NCBI GenBank assembly: GCA_019057815.1
Contig: JAHLWR010000008.1
Location: 64,001 to 128,000 of the forward strand
Length of the DNA stretch: 64,000 nucleotides
From: Candidatus Heimdallarchaeota archaeon
GTDB taxonomy: Archaea; Asgardarchaeota; Heimdallarchaeia; Heimdallarchaeales; Heimdallarchaeaceae
Reading direction: 5' to 3'
Of this stretch, positions 1-10,139 are shown piece by piece. Position 1 is the first letter of the stretch. The number at the start of each line of letters is the position of its first letter. A model generated the notes under the pieces. The model saw only the letters and a program-made list of their open reading frames with translations, made no database searches and had not been told where the DNA came from. The translations under genes were made by a program, and so were the position numbers.

Positions 1-1341
1 ATGAAATTGATTTTCTCTCTGAAAATCAGTCTGTGTCAATGGATCTGTAAAAATATCAAAATGCTCAAAAAGTACATAATACCAAAAACATATATCATTT
101 AGTGCATTTGGATTATATCCCATGATTGATTTTCTGTATCCTCTTTCAATTCTTTCATAATCATTCACTGACACTGGAGTTTTTCCATCAGTTGTGAAAG
201 TTTTTTGAGGTAAAATACAATAGTAAATATCTGAATTGATAATTTTTGTAGTAATAACAACTGATAAATGATAACAAAAATTAATCTTTTGTTCTTTCAT
301 TCTAACAGATGCAACATCTCTAGAATGTAATTTGCTACCCTTTTTCCATCTAACACTCCGTTTTAAATATTTTGGGTATTGTAATGGATAAAACCATCTC
401 CCTTTATTGTCAGTGTAAAGACCTCTATGTCTACAAAGTTTGTTTGCAGTAGTATTCAAAAGATAAATTAGTGTATTATGTTTGTCTCTTTCTTGAATCC
501 AATCTACAATATCTATTTCTTCAATTGATGTTTCATCAACAAAATTAAGCAGGTTATTTTTTCTATTAAAAGAATAAAGTGATATCAGTTTTCCTTCAAA
601 TAGAAGAAAAGGTGGTGCATACTTTATTTTAGAGAAAATTTCATCTTTTGTTCGTATACTAGTATTTGCTTGCCAGATTTTATCAATATTAGTTAACTGA
701 ACTAAATTTGAAATAATATATTCTTCTTTTTTTTCTTGATATAATTCTTCTTTCAAATTCTGATAATTAGAAAAAATGTTGCTTGGATCAAATTCTTCAT
801 TATAAATTTGGTCGATTTTTATTTTTAAGGAATCAATATCTGATTGATAAAGATCAATCTTTCCAAAAAATCCTTTTAAATCATCAATAGTTAAGGAGAG
901 TAGCAGTTCTTTGTCTTTATCATCTTTTGTAAGGGGAATAATCTTAGTTATTATGCTTAATATTTCCTCATTGCTCAATTTATTCAAGAGAGATTTATGA
1001 AATACTTGATTCTTTGTATTTCTTGCAAAAATCATTAATCTGAATCTATCTTCTGGAATTCTATAAAAATAAGATAACGTGTAACCTAAAAATTCCTCCA
1101 AAAAACTGGAATCATTAAAGCTAAAATCTGACCATTTAGCTTCAATCCAAATCTCTCTGTCTATTTCGGTCTCATTATCAATAAAAATCAAATCAGGTAA
1201 GTGTCCTTCAACTTTTGAATCTGAAATAAATCTATGCCCCTTAGCTTCTAGATAAGCTCTAATATATTTCTTATAAGTTTCAGAATTTGCAGTTTTTGCT
1301 TCTCTATCACCAAGTAAATTGTAATAAGGCAGATGTCTCAC
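1..1341 (-). CDS. PD-(D/E)xK nuclease-APAZ fusion (short prokaryotic Argonaute effector-like), 3'-partial, >=447 aa
   Basis: Hand-translated: open frame from GTG at 1341 to the window edge, no stop. N-terminal YLEAKGH..LPD50LIF..WIE67AK69; C-terminal EYIISNL, PPFLLFEGKLISLYSF, LCRHRGL..WFYP, YHLSV, ILPQKTFTTDG, YNPNALNDICFW resemble APAZ consensus blocks. Confidence 0.75.
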   Translation of the reverse strand, partial: MRHLPYYNLLGDREAKTANSETYKKYIRAYLEAKGHRFISDSKVEGHLPDLIFIDNETEIDREIWIEAKWSDFSFNDSSFLEEFLGYTLSYFYRIPEDRFRLMIFARNTKNQVFHKSLLNKLSNEEILSIITKIIPLTKDDKDKELLLSLTIDDLKGFFGKIDLYQSDIDSLKIKIDQIYNEEFDPSNIFSNYQNLKEELYQEKKEEYIISNLVQLTNIDKIWQANTSIRTKDEIFSKIKYAPPFLLFEGKLISLYSFNRKNNLLNFVDETSIEEIDIVDWIQERDKHNTLIYLLNTTANKLCRHRGLYTDNKGRWFYPLQYPKYLKRSVRWKKGSKLHSRDVASVRMKEQKINFCYHLSVVITTKIINSDIYYCILPQKTFTTDGKTPVSVNDYERIERGYRKSIMGYNPNALNDICFWYYVLFEHFDIFTDPLTQTDFQRENQFH

Positions 1342-1673
1342 TTCCCTAATGTGTCTAATATAAAAAATAAGTCATATAAAAATATAAACTTTTACTCTGA
1401 GTAATTATATTTTCGAGAATTTTCATTTTACTGCAAAGAGTACTATCTTCTCATATAGAGGAAGTTCCAAGAAGTAGACCTTGATATAAGGATTTAATAT
1501 TAGTAGAACACAAAAATTAGTTCCATACGTAAATGTTTGAGATAAAAACTGACCCTATAAATTCTTAATAGAAAAAACGCATAAAATTTTAATTTTCTAT
1601 AAATAGAAGCTATAATGATATTAAATACTTCAAGCTCTATGTTTAAGAAAGGTTTTATAATTAAGATGTTTCT

Positions 1674-2750
1674 TTGTTTTTAATGATAAAAGATCTGATT
1701 ATAAAAAACTTCAAATCTGTAGAAAATCTTGAATTAAGTTGTTCAAAGTTCAATGTATTCATAGGAGAACCTAACGTAGGTAAATCAAACATTTTAGAAG
1801 CTTTAGGTATTTATTCATCACTTCTTTATAATAAACACACTAAAGATCAAAAGCTAATAAGTAAAGAATTTGTCAGATATGAAAATTTATTAAATTTATT
1901 TCACAACAATTTTATCCAGAAAGATATAGAGATAATAACAGACAAAAGTAAGATTTTGATAGAAGCTAAAGAAAATTACTTCAAATACTCGGTCTGTAAA
2001 ACAGAATTAGGCATAAAACAGGACGAAAATCAAGAGATGTACAGAGACATAATAAAATCACAATTACTCTTTGAAGCTGAATTAGAAAATGATGGAAAAT
2101 ATCATTCAGGTCTCCATAAGGGTAGAATAAAAGAAGAAGAAAAATTGAAAACCTTTTTACCTAATTTTAAAATGTATAAACATATCGAATTAAATCAATT
2201 TTTATCCAAAGATTTTGCATTTTTAAATCCACCTTCTGGAAATAATCTTCTTACAATTCTACAAACACATGAGGATTTATATGAATATTATAATGATATT
2301 TTGCATCCTTTTAATCTACGTTTGATGCTCAGAGAGATTGATGGAAAAATCGAGTTTTTAAGAGATGCAAAAGGTAAATTGATTCCTATTCCTTTTAGCT
2401 TGATTGCAGAAACTTTTCAGCAACTTTTTCTAATATTAGCATCAATAGAAACAAATGAAGATTCAATTATAGTAATTGAAGAACCTGAAACTCATGTTTT
2501 CCCTAAATATACTAAAAAAATTGCTGAAATGATTGCAAAAAATGAGAAATCAAATCAATTCTTTATCTCTACGCATAACCCCTATTTTTTGATATCTTTA
2601 ATTGAAAAAGCAAAAGAAAAGGATGTTAGCATTTTTGCTGTTGAATTCGTAAACAATGAAACACAAGTTAAGAAACTGGATAATGCTGATATTCAGCTAT
2701 TATTAGAGGGTGAAGATCCTTTCTTTAATATTAGAAAATATTTTGAGTAG
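1674..2750 (+). CDS. ABC-type ATPase of the AAA_15/AAA_21 (OLD/AriA-like) group
   Basis: IKNFKS, Walker A GEPNVGKS, Walker B/D-loop IIVIEEPETH, H-loop STHNP; likely start ATG 1683. Confidence 0.9.
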   Translation: MFLMIKDLIIKNFKSVENLELSCSKFNVFIGEPNVGKSNILEALGIYSSLLYNKHTKDQKLISKEFVRYENLLNLFHNNFIQKDIEIITDKSKILIEAKENYFKYSVCKTELGIKQDENQEMYRDIIKSQLLFEAELENDGKYHSGLHKGRIKEEEKLKTFLPNFKMYKHIELNQFLSKDFAFLNPPSGNNLLTILQTHEDLYEYYNDILHPFNLRLMLREIDGKIEFLRDAKGKLIPIPFSLIAETFQQLFLILASIETNEDSIIVIEEPETHVFPKYTKKIAEMIAKNEKSNQFFISTHNPYFLISLIEKAKEKDVSIFAVEFVNNETQVKKLDNADIQLLLEGEDPFFNIRKYFE

Positions 2751-2757
2751 ATTTCCA

Positions 2758-3243
2758 ATGATCTTAGTTGAGTGCGATCCTGATGAAGTACTAGTAAAAA
2801 CTTTGATTCCCAATCTTACAAAAAATGATTATTCACATGCAGGTAATAATACTGGAGTTATTAAAAGGTTAATTAAAAAAACCGAAGGAACGGGACATAT
2901 TGGTATTATTGATAAAGATTCTGGATCAATACCACCTGGGTATTTTAATAAATTTGATTTAGTTCAAGAATGGGAATCATTAAACATTGAGCTCTTGAAA
3001 GCACCAAATAATGCAAAATTAATCGTTCTTTATCCCAATTTGGAAGGGTGGAGTATAAATGCAGCTCACTTCATCCATATAAAACTTAAAGACTATAGTT
3101 TACCTGAATCAGAAAAAGAATTGCATAAAATAATAAATGAAAAACCGAATCTAATGAAATTTGAAAAACTTATAACAGATTTAGAAAAAAAGAGTAAACA
3201 CATACAAGAATTAAAAGCAATCTTAATGGAATATCATAAATAG
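2758..3243 (+). CDS. Stand-alone TOPRIM-like protein partnered with the ATPase
   Basis: First strand with acidic residue ILVECDPDE and DxD motif IGIIDKD; ATG 7 nt after the ATPase stop. Confidence 0.65.
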   Translation: MILVECDPDEVLVKTLIPNLTKNDYSHAGNNTGVIKRLIKKTEGTGHIGIIDKDSGSIPPGYFNKFDLVQEWESLNIELLKAPNNAKLIVLYPNLEGWSINAAHFIHIKLKDYSLPESEKELHKIINEKPNLMKFEKLITDLEKKSKHIQELKAILMEYHK

Positions 3244-3391
3244 TTTAGAATTTTTAACATCCTCTTTATAAGAAGAATTGCAGGCTTGCATTAAAATGAA
3301 AAGAGAAAAACCATTTAATATTATTCCTTTTGACTCTTCATTCTTGAAGATTAAGATTCGAACTTTGAACTCCGAGCAATCTGTTTTTTAT

Positions 3392-3640
3392 TTAGATTTT
3401 TCTTATCATATCAATTAGTTTATCTTTTGGAATATTATTCCAGATTGATATTTTTGATAATATGTCAGTTAATGTTCCTTTTGCAATTTCAGGGTGTCTA
3501 GGGACGGTAATATTATGTTCCCCAGCTTCAGTTGTTTTTCTTAGACTCACGTGACTCCCCCTTTGCTTAATTATCTTGTAACCTAATTTCGATAACATCT
3601 TGATTAAGTGATTACCGCTAATTACTGGTAACTTTGGCAA
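3392..3640 (-). CDS. hicA: HicA family mRNA interferase toxin
   Basis: LP.ISG..LIK.L..LGY...QRGSHV..ITVPRH.EIAKGTL motif. Confidence 0.9.
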   Translation of the reverse strand: MPKLPVISGNHLIKMLSKLGYKIIKQRGSHVSLRKTTEAGEHNITVPRHPEIAKGTLTDILSKISIWNNIPKDKLIDMIRKI

Positions 3641-3842
3641 CTGAACCTACCTCAATTTCTGAAATTGAAAGGATTCTTATCTCTTCTCCTTTGTTTAAAA
3701 TATCTTCAAAATGGACTTCTACTGCTTCTTTAATGTTATCCATCAAGTTATCTAATGTATTACCTTGAGTAAAAATATCTACTCCAATTCCTCTTGCACA
3801 CCAGAAGTCTTCATCTTTATATATCTCAAATTTGACTAACAA
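3618..3842 (-). CDS. hicB: HicB family antitoxin
   Basis: IFTQG.TLD.LM.NIKEAVEVH motif; overlaps hicA. Confidence 0.85.
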   Translation of the reverse strand: MLVKFEIYKDEDFWCARGIGVDIFTQGNTLDNLMDNIKEAVEVHFEDILNKGEEIRILSISEIEVGSVAKVTSN

Positions 3843-4095
3843 TGAGTTTCACCTGTTTTATTCTTTCATTGCTACTTATTAATGATTTTCGTTAAGCATC
3901 TTTTCTACTGGCGATGATTAATGATTAGTTGCTTCTATTTTGATAGTTATTGTTTTTTTGTAGTACTTTCAATGAACTCGTATGAGGTAAGTCTATCCAA
4001 ATTTTTCCATTTTGATTTCATCACAATTTTTTCTGAATCCTTTAGACCTATTGTAGCATTCCAGATGTAATTACTTACCCAGCTTTTTCCTGAGA

Positions 4096-4308
4096 ATGGT
4101 TGCATTATGGTTACGATTAAGAGCTGTAGAAGGATGGAGTGGTTTTGCGATATACTCATTAATCGCAGCAATCATATCATTGGTACTTGTTGCTATTTCA
4201 GCAATCTTTATCACTAGCAATTATATGGGGTTAATCGAAAGATTCATGGTTAGTTCCTATCAGGTCTACTACTTTGTTATCGGACTGATGGTGTTTCTAA
4301 ATAATTAG
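4096..4308 (+). pseudogene. C-terminal relic of a membrane protein (DUF998-like)
   Basis: Two hydrophobic helices with W..FA.YS and GLIER motif typical of the end of DUF998 proteins; no N-terminal part. Confidence 0.4.
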
Positions 4309-4445
4309 CAATTTGAGATGGAGTTGAAAAAATGAGAAGAAGACTAATATCAGTTCTTCCTATTATTCATGATGAAATTAATAGCAGGTTTTAGAAAACC
4401 TAAAGCAAAGATCTCAAGGAAAATTTAAATAAAAACCAGAAGTGA

Positions 4446-4865
4446 ATGTATAACATGTGGCATATACTATTTGGCATTCTTCTCATACTTCATGGATTAA
4501 TATTTATTTTATTTCTAATTTATGTTAAACTACCTGAGAATGAAGGATATTTTGGATGGTCAAGAAAATCATGGTTATTAGACAGAGTCCTTAATGAGAA
4601 AATAGTAAAGATTGTTGGAATCGTACTTTGGATTTTAGTATTGGGTGGTTTCTTAGGTTCTGGAATAGTGATACTCGTTAAGCATGAATCATGGAGAATT
4701 ATAGATATCATCGCATCCTTTATCTCACTATTCGCTTTTATTCTCTTCTGGAATGAATTGAAACCAAAACCAATAAGATTCATTCTAGGCCCAATTATAG
4801 CAATCGTTAATATCATAGCTCTATTGATTGTTAAGTGGCCTACAGACACAGCTATTTTTGGTTAA
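4446..4865 (+). CDS. Small 4-TM membrane protein
   Basis: Four hydrophobic segments, HGL and SWLL motifs. Confidence 0.7.
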   Translation: MYNMWHILFGILLILHGLIFILFLIYVKLPENEGYFGWSRKSWLLDRVLNEKIVKIVGIVLWILVLGGFLGSGIVILVKHESWRIIDIIASFISLFAFILFWNELKPKPIRFILGPIIAIVNIIALLIVKWPTDTAIFG

Positions 4866-5353
4866 GATAATAAACTTTAGACAAGAGGATTGGAATCTGT
4901 ATTATAGATGAAACAGTAAATTAATTGTATAATTTCATGACAGGTTCTACAGTTACACATACTGTATGAACAACTCTTCTATCTGGATAATCTTTGAAAA
5001 TTGCTGTAAAAATATATACTCCTGTTTCAATAATTAATAATTCTACATCAATAATTATTAGAACGTTTGATTGCTAAGGCTCTTCTATTATTTGAGTAAA
5101 ATTTACGAATAATAACCATTCCCAAGGATCAATTCACAATTTATTATAAGAAATCTTAAATTTTCCATAAAGAAGAAACATTATTATGATATAATAAGAG
5201 CGAAAGAAAGATTTCTTTTCTTTGTTTTTAACAACTATTTTCATTATATTTTCCCTTGATGCTCGTGTTAAAACAGTATTCCAACTTAGAATTAGGAAAT
5301 ACCTTTTGGAAATTCTACTGTACCTTTTGGATATGAAAAGGAAGATCGAATTA

Positions 5354-7156
5354 TTAGATATTCTCTAAAAAAATTGACTCTGCATATGATTCTACTTGTT
5401 CAAATGTAGATTTATCCAAACCTTTTAGTGTAGTTTTATAGTTTTCAAAATTCGACAGAATATCCTCATTCAATATAATGATATTAAGAAATTTTTCAAG
5501 TTTCTGAATAGCATGATAAGATTGTCCTTTATAGACATAACAGAATAGAAATTTCTCTCTTTGTCTTATTAGGATTGTGTAATCTTGATGTTTGATTGTT
5601 TCAATTGAACCAGAAACAGCAAAAACCTCTGCGCCAAATGTATTGATAGCACTTAAGAAACCACTAACTAGGAGACTGTCAATTTTGATTGTTTCATCAA
5701 ATAGACTTGTAAAAAGGCTTATTCCATCATCAGATACTATCGTTAATAAAATTGGGAATTCAGGAACAATATCAGAACTTTTAAGGTATCTACTATCAAC
5801 CATAAAATCAAATAGATTTTCCATTCTAGCCATTTCTATTCTTTTACTGAATGGTATTTCATCCAGTATGACTTCCTTCCATTTCTTCTTTTGGTTTAAA
5901 AGATTATCCTGTTCAATCGATATTAATATAGTTAGACTAGTTAACCCTTTTGATTGAGCTATTGTTAACGCATTTGAAATTTCAGTTGTTGCTTTTTCAA
6001 AGTTCATTTCGAGGAGAGATAGCTTAGATTCAAATAAACTGGTTTTAGCTAATAGTGAGTATGAGTTCTGTTTTTCAGCAATTTTTTGAAGTTTCATTAA
6101 TAAATTCTTTACTTCATCTAGAACATCAATATTTCCAGACAAGCTTAACTCATATAGAAGAGATTCCAGAAGATTGAACATTGCAAGTATTGAAACCTCA
6201 TGATCTATTATCTCCTCCTCTGCTATTTCTTTAAAAATCTCCTGAGCTTTCATTCTAGAAAGAAGTCTAGAACTGTCTTTCAAAACGATTCCTTGTGCTA
6301 CCTTATATCTTTGTTTAATTATTTGAAATTCATTCTCTTCTTGAATTGAGTTAAGTTTGTTGAGAAATTCAGTTGCTTCATCAGTCGATTTCCCATCAAC
6401 TAGTAAGATAATTAAATTTAATAGGATATTAGAAGACAATAATTTATTTTCAATTTTTTCAGCTCTTGCTAATGCTACTTTATAATAAATTGAAGCATCT
6501 TCAAGATCTCCAGTCACATGATAAACCTTGCTAATTTTATACAGTACAACTATTACGTCTATCTCCCATCTAAGTTCATCATATATACCAAGACTGGTTT
6601 CATAACAGTTGAAAGCTTGTTCAACTTCACCTTTGTAAATGTAAATATCCCCTATTCCAATTTTAACAGATGCTATGCCAATTTTATCCTCTATTTTTTC
6701 AAAGAAACTTAATGATTTTTGATAGAGAAGAAATGCTTGTTTTAGTTCCCCCCTTTTGTAATTCATTACACCTTGTAGGTGATAAATAGCTGAAATACGT
6801 TTCTTGACTTCTATTGTTTTTTTACCTTTTAGACTAATATGATCAAAACAGGTTTGTATTAGATTCTCAGCTTTAGTTAACTCACCTAATAAAGACAGTG
6901 TTTTTACCTTTGCTAGAATTGAATCGACAATAAGATTTTTGTTCTTTATCTCTATACTTTGTTGAAGAGCAATCTTAGCAATATCTAAACTCTGTTTATA
7001 ATTACTCTGATAATTTAGTATCTCAATCTGAAGTATCCTAGCTTTTATTACATCTTCTTGAGATAGGAAATTGTCACCAAAATTCTCTTCTAATAATTGG
7101 AGAGCTTCGCTAAAATCCCCCTTCTTTAAATAAGTTTGAACCTTTGAGAATTTCAA
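5354..7156 (-). CDS. TPR-repeat protein with C-terminal longin-like domain
   Basis: Repeated TPR helices (IG.IY...GE.E.A..CYE.SL); C-terminal GISLF..F / LVSGFLSAINTF / FCYVYKG. Confidence 0.8.
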   Translation of the reverse strand: MKFSKVQTYLKKGDFSEALQLLEENFGDNFLSQEDVIKARILQIEILNYQSNYKQSLDIAKIALQQSIEIKNKNLIVDSILAKVKTLSLLGELTKAENLIQTCFDHISLKGKKTIEVKKRISAIYHLQGVMNYKRGELKQAFLLYQKSLSFFEKIEDKIGIASVKIGIGDIYIYKGEVEQAFNCYETSLGIYDELRWEIDVIVVLYKISKVYHVTGDLEDASIYYKVALARAEKIENKLLSSNILLNLIILLVDGKSTDEATEFLNKLNSIQEENEFQIIKQRYKVAQGIVLKDSSRLLSRMKAQEIFKEIAEEEIIDHEVSILAMFNLLESLLYELSLSGNIDVLDEVKNLLMKLQKIAEKQNSYSLLAKTSLFESKLSLLEMNFEKATTEISNALTIAQSKGLTSLTILISIEQDNLLNQKKKWKEVILDEIPFSKRIEMARMENLFDFMVDSRYLKSSDIVPEFPILLTIVSDDGISLFTSLFDETIKIDSLLVSGFLSAINTFGAEVFAVSGSIETIKHQDYTILIRQREKFLFCYVYKGQSYHAIQKLEKFLNIIILNEDILSNFENYKTTLKGLDKSTFEQVESYAESIFLENI

Positions 7157-7496
7157 TATCTAAACAAAGGTGTTTATCTATATAAACATTACAATGATTT
7201 TGTTCCTCTATTAGAAAGTAATCACAGCTTAGAGTAGTCATATACTTTTAGTAAACAATTTATCAATCTCTTTTGGAACTCACATAAAAGATTCAAAGCT
7301 TCTAATTCATTTTCTATAGAAAGTACGGCCTCGATTTACTCATAGTTGCAGTTATATTTATTACTAGTGCAGAGAATATCTACATCATTTGTATGATTTT
7401 ATCTACAATAGGGTTTGTTTAGACATTCTTTTTGAAAGATATCAACAAAACACATATATCTGATGAATGAAATATTAATAAAATAAGGAGATTACA

Positions 7497-7850
7497 TTGG
7501 TTCAGACGGTAAAAATACTATTAGCAGATGATAATGATGAATTAAGAATGCTATATAGAATTATGTTATCAGAATTCACCGTAATACAAGCAGTAAACGG
7601 AAATGAAGCAGTAGCTTTCTATAAGAAACACAAACCCGATTTAGTTCTGATGGATATTTTAATGCCAATAAAAGATGGGATAGAAGCTACAAAAGAGATC
7701 ATCGAATTTGATCCTAAAGCTACAATAATAGCGATTACAGCATATTCTTCAAAAGCAGAAAATATTTTACTAGCGGGAGCAAAACAAGTAATTAAAAAAC
7801 CCTTCAGAAGAATTGAATTAATTGAAATAATTGTGCAAGAATTGCAATAA
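7497..7850 (+). CDS. Stand-alone response regulator receiver (CheY-like)
   Basis: LADD, LVLMDILMP..DG, ITA, KP motifs intact. Confidence 0.95.
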   Translation: MVQTVKILLADDNDELRMLYRIMLSEFTVIQAVNGNEAVAFYKKHKPDLVLMDILMPIKDGIEATKEIIEFDPKATIIAITAYSSKAENILLAGAKQVIKKPFRRIELIEIIVQELQ

Positions 7851-7984
7851 GTTTTTAAGAATAAACAACTAAGTCTGGGATATATACATAACTCCAAACT
7901 GGATTAAATTAGTCAGTACAGAAATTTCATACGATAAATTTACGCTTAATTTGATTCAATTTGGCTTCAGATCAGAATTAAGGA

Positions 7985-10080
7985 TTGCTGGAAATGTCAA
8001 GTTTTTTGTCAATTAATGTAAAAATTTGGGCTGTTATTGGAGGAGTAGTTATTGTTGGAGGAAGTCTTACGGGTTTTCTCGTCTGGTATTATGTCGGTGG
8101 TGGTCCTGGTACTCCACCTGGACCTGTCGAGGAGGTTTACCAAGAAGCACCAATGCTTGAGGAACTTGTTGAAGCAGGATTACTTCCACCTGTTGAAGAA
8201 AGACTTCCTGTTAATCCGATGGTTGTTCAACCGCATGATGAAGTAGGAATCTATAATGGAACATGGCGGATGGGATTGGTTGGGGTTGAATCTGGCACCT
8301 TACGAACCACTACTCAATATGAAAACCTACTACGATGGGATCCTGAATGGTCCAGAATTCTACCGAATATAGCTCAGTCTTATGATGTTAGTGAAGATTC
8401 CCGCGAATTTACTTTTCATTTACGTCGAGGGTTAAGATGGTCAGATGGTGTTCCTTTCACTGCAGATGATATTGTTTTCTGGTATGAAGCAGATTTTCTA
8501 AATACAGAACTCCATTCTTCCTATTCATCTAAATATACTCAAAATGGTGTTCCAGTAATTGTTGAAAAAGCCGATAATTACACGGTAATTTTGAGATTCT
8601 CTGAACCATATGGTCTATTTCCATTCTTTCTTGCGGAAATGGTAGGAGATTGGATTACAAACAGACCGATGCATTATATGAAGCAGTTTCATAAAGATTA
8701 CAATCCAGAAATTGAGGAGTTGATTGAAGAAGCTGGAGTCGAAAACTGGGTTAAATTGTGGAAATCGAAGGCTAGTGAATGGAACAATCCAGACATGCCA
8801 ACTGTGAATCCTTGGATATTAACAGATCACTATAATGTGAACTCAACTCATGTTTGTTGGAACGAAATCCGTATTATTGGAAGATAGATACAGAATATAA
8901 TCAACTACCATACATTGATAGAGTTAATTTTACTATATACTCAACAAATGAGGAATTAAAACTTGCAGCACTTGCTGGTCAAATTGACATGCAACACGAA
9001 CTTTCTATTATTCCTTATTATGATGAGTACGTAGCAAACATGGAAGAAGGAGAGTACGATCTTCACACATTGATTAACACAAATTCCAATGATTTAGCTA
9101 TTCATCTTAATATTGTGCATGAAAATCCAATTCTGAGAGCTGTTTTCTCGAACAAAACATTCCGTATAGCTCTATCTCACGCAATTAATCGAACAGAGAT
9201 TATTGAGCAAGTGTATGGTTTAGATCTAGAACCTATTCAACCAGCTCCACGAAGAGAATCACCATATTATAGGGATCTCTTGGCTACTCAATACACAGAG
9301 TTCAATCTCACATATGCAAATGAGCTCTTGGACGCAGCAGGATATAACGAGAGAGATACGGAGGGATATCGTCTCACCCCAGAGGGACATCGTATCAATT
9401 TTACAATAACAGTGACTTCCCACTGGGATTACGACCCATTGAACGGGTCTCTAATGTTATCAGAATATTGGGATGAGCTGGGGCTCATAGTAAATGTAGA
9501 AGATTTGAGTCGCAGTGAAAGAGATTCTAAAATCATTGGTTTGAACCAACATGATGTGACTGTACATGGTACTAAGGGAGGATATTATGTAGTAAGGGAA
9601 GCAGGCCCATACATACCATTTGACAAATACAATTCATTCTTTGCTATACCGTGGGCTTATTGGTATATGAATAGCAGTGACAGTAGAGCAGAAGAACCAT
9701 CCTCTGCAGCACAAGAACAAATGCTTCTTTATAACCAAATTTTAGCTAGCAATAATGTCGAAAAAATAGTTGCTCTGATGAATCAAATATTTGTAATCGC
9801 AGAGGAGGAGTTCTATATAATGGGTATCTGCACTCCCCCAGATCTCTATTTCATAAAAAAAACAAACTTCCTCAACGTCCCACTAGTAATCCCGAGATCT
9901 TGGTCCTATGCTACACCAGGACCTACTAATCCTTGTCAGTACTATATAGAACAACAGAATGAATCACAAGAGATACCGAAAGCGATTGTAAATAATAAAC
10001 AACTAAACGATAATGTGCACCAAAATTCAAAAAATCCACAAGATTACTTAATATGTTCTGTAGTTAGGAGATTTAGATAA
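7985..10080 (+). pseudogene. Family 5 (oligopeptide/sugar) solute-binding protein, split by a 1-nt frameshift at about 8853-8855
   Basis: EAPML..LV..G.LPPVEERLP, LR.GLRWSDG.PFTADD, then LERNPYYWKID...NQLPYID in the -1 frame; one extra T restores HVLLERNPYY; N-terminal TM anchor. Confidence 0.85.
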
Positions 10081-10139
10081 ATTAAATTAAAAGGAATACT
10101 CCTTTTGAATCATGAAAGAGGGAAGTCTTTTTATTTAAT

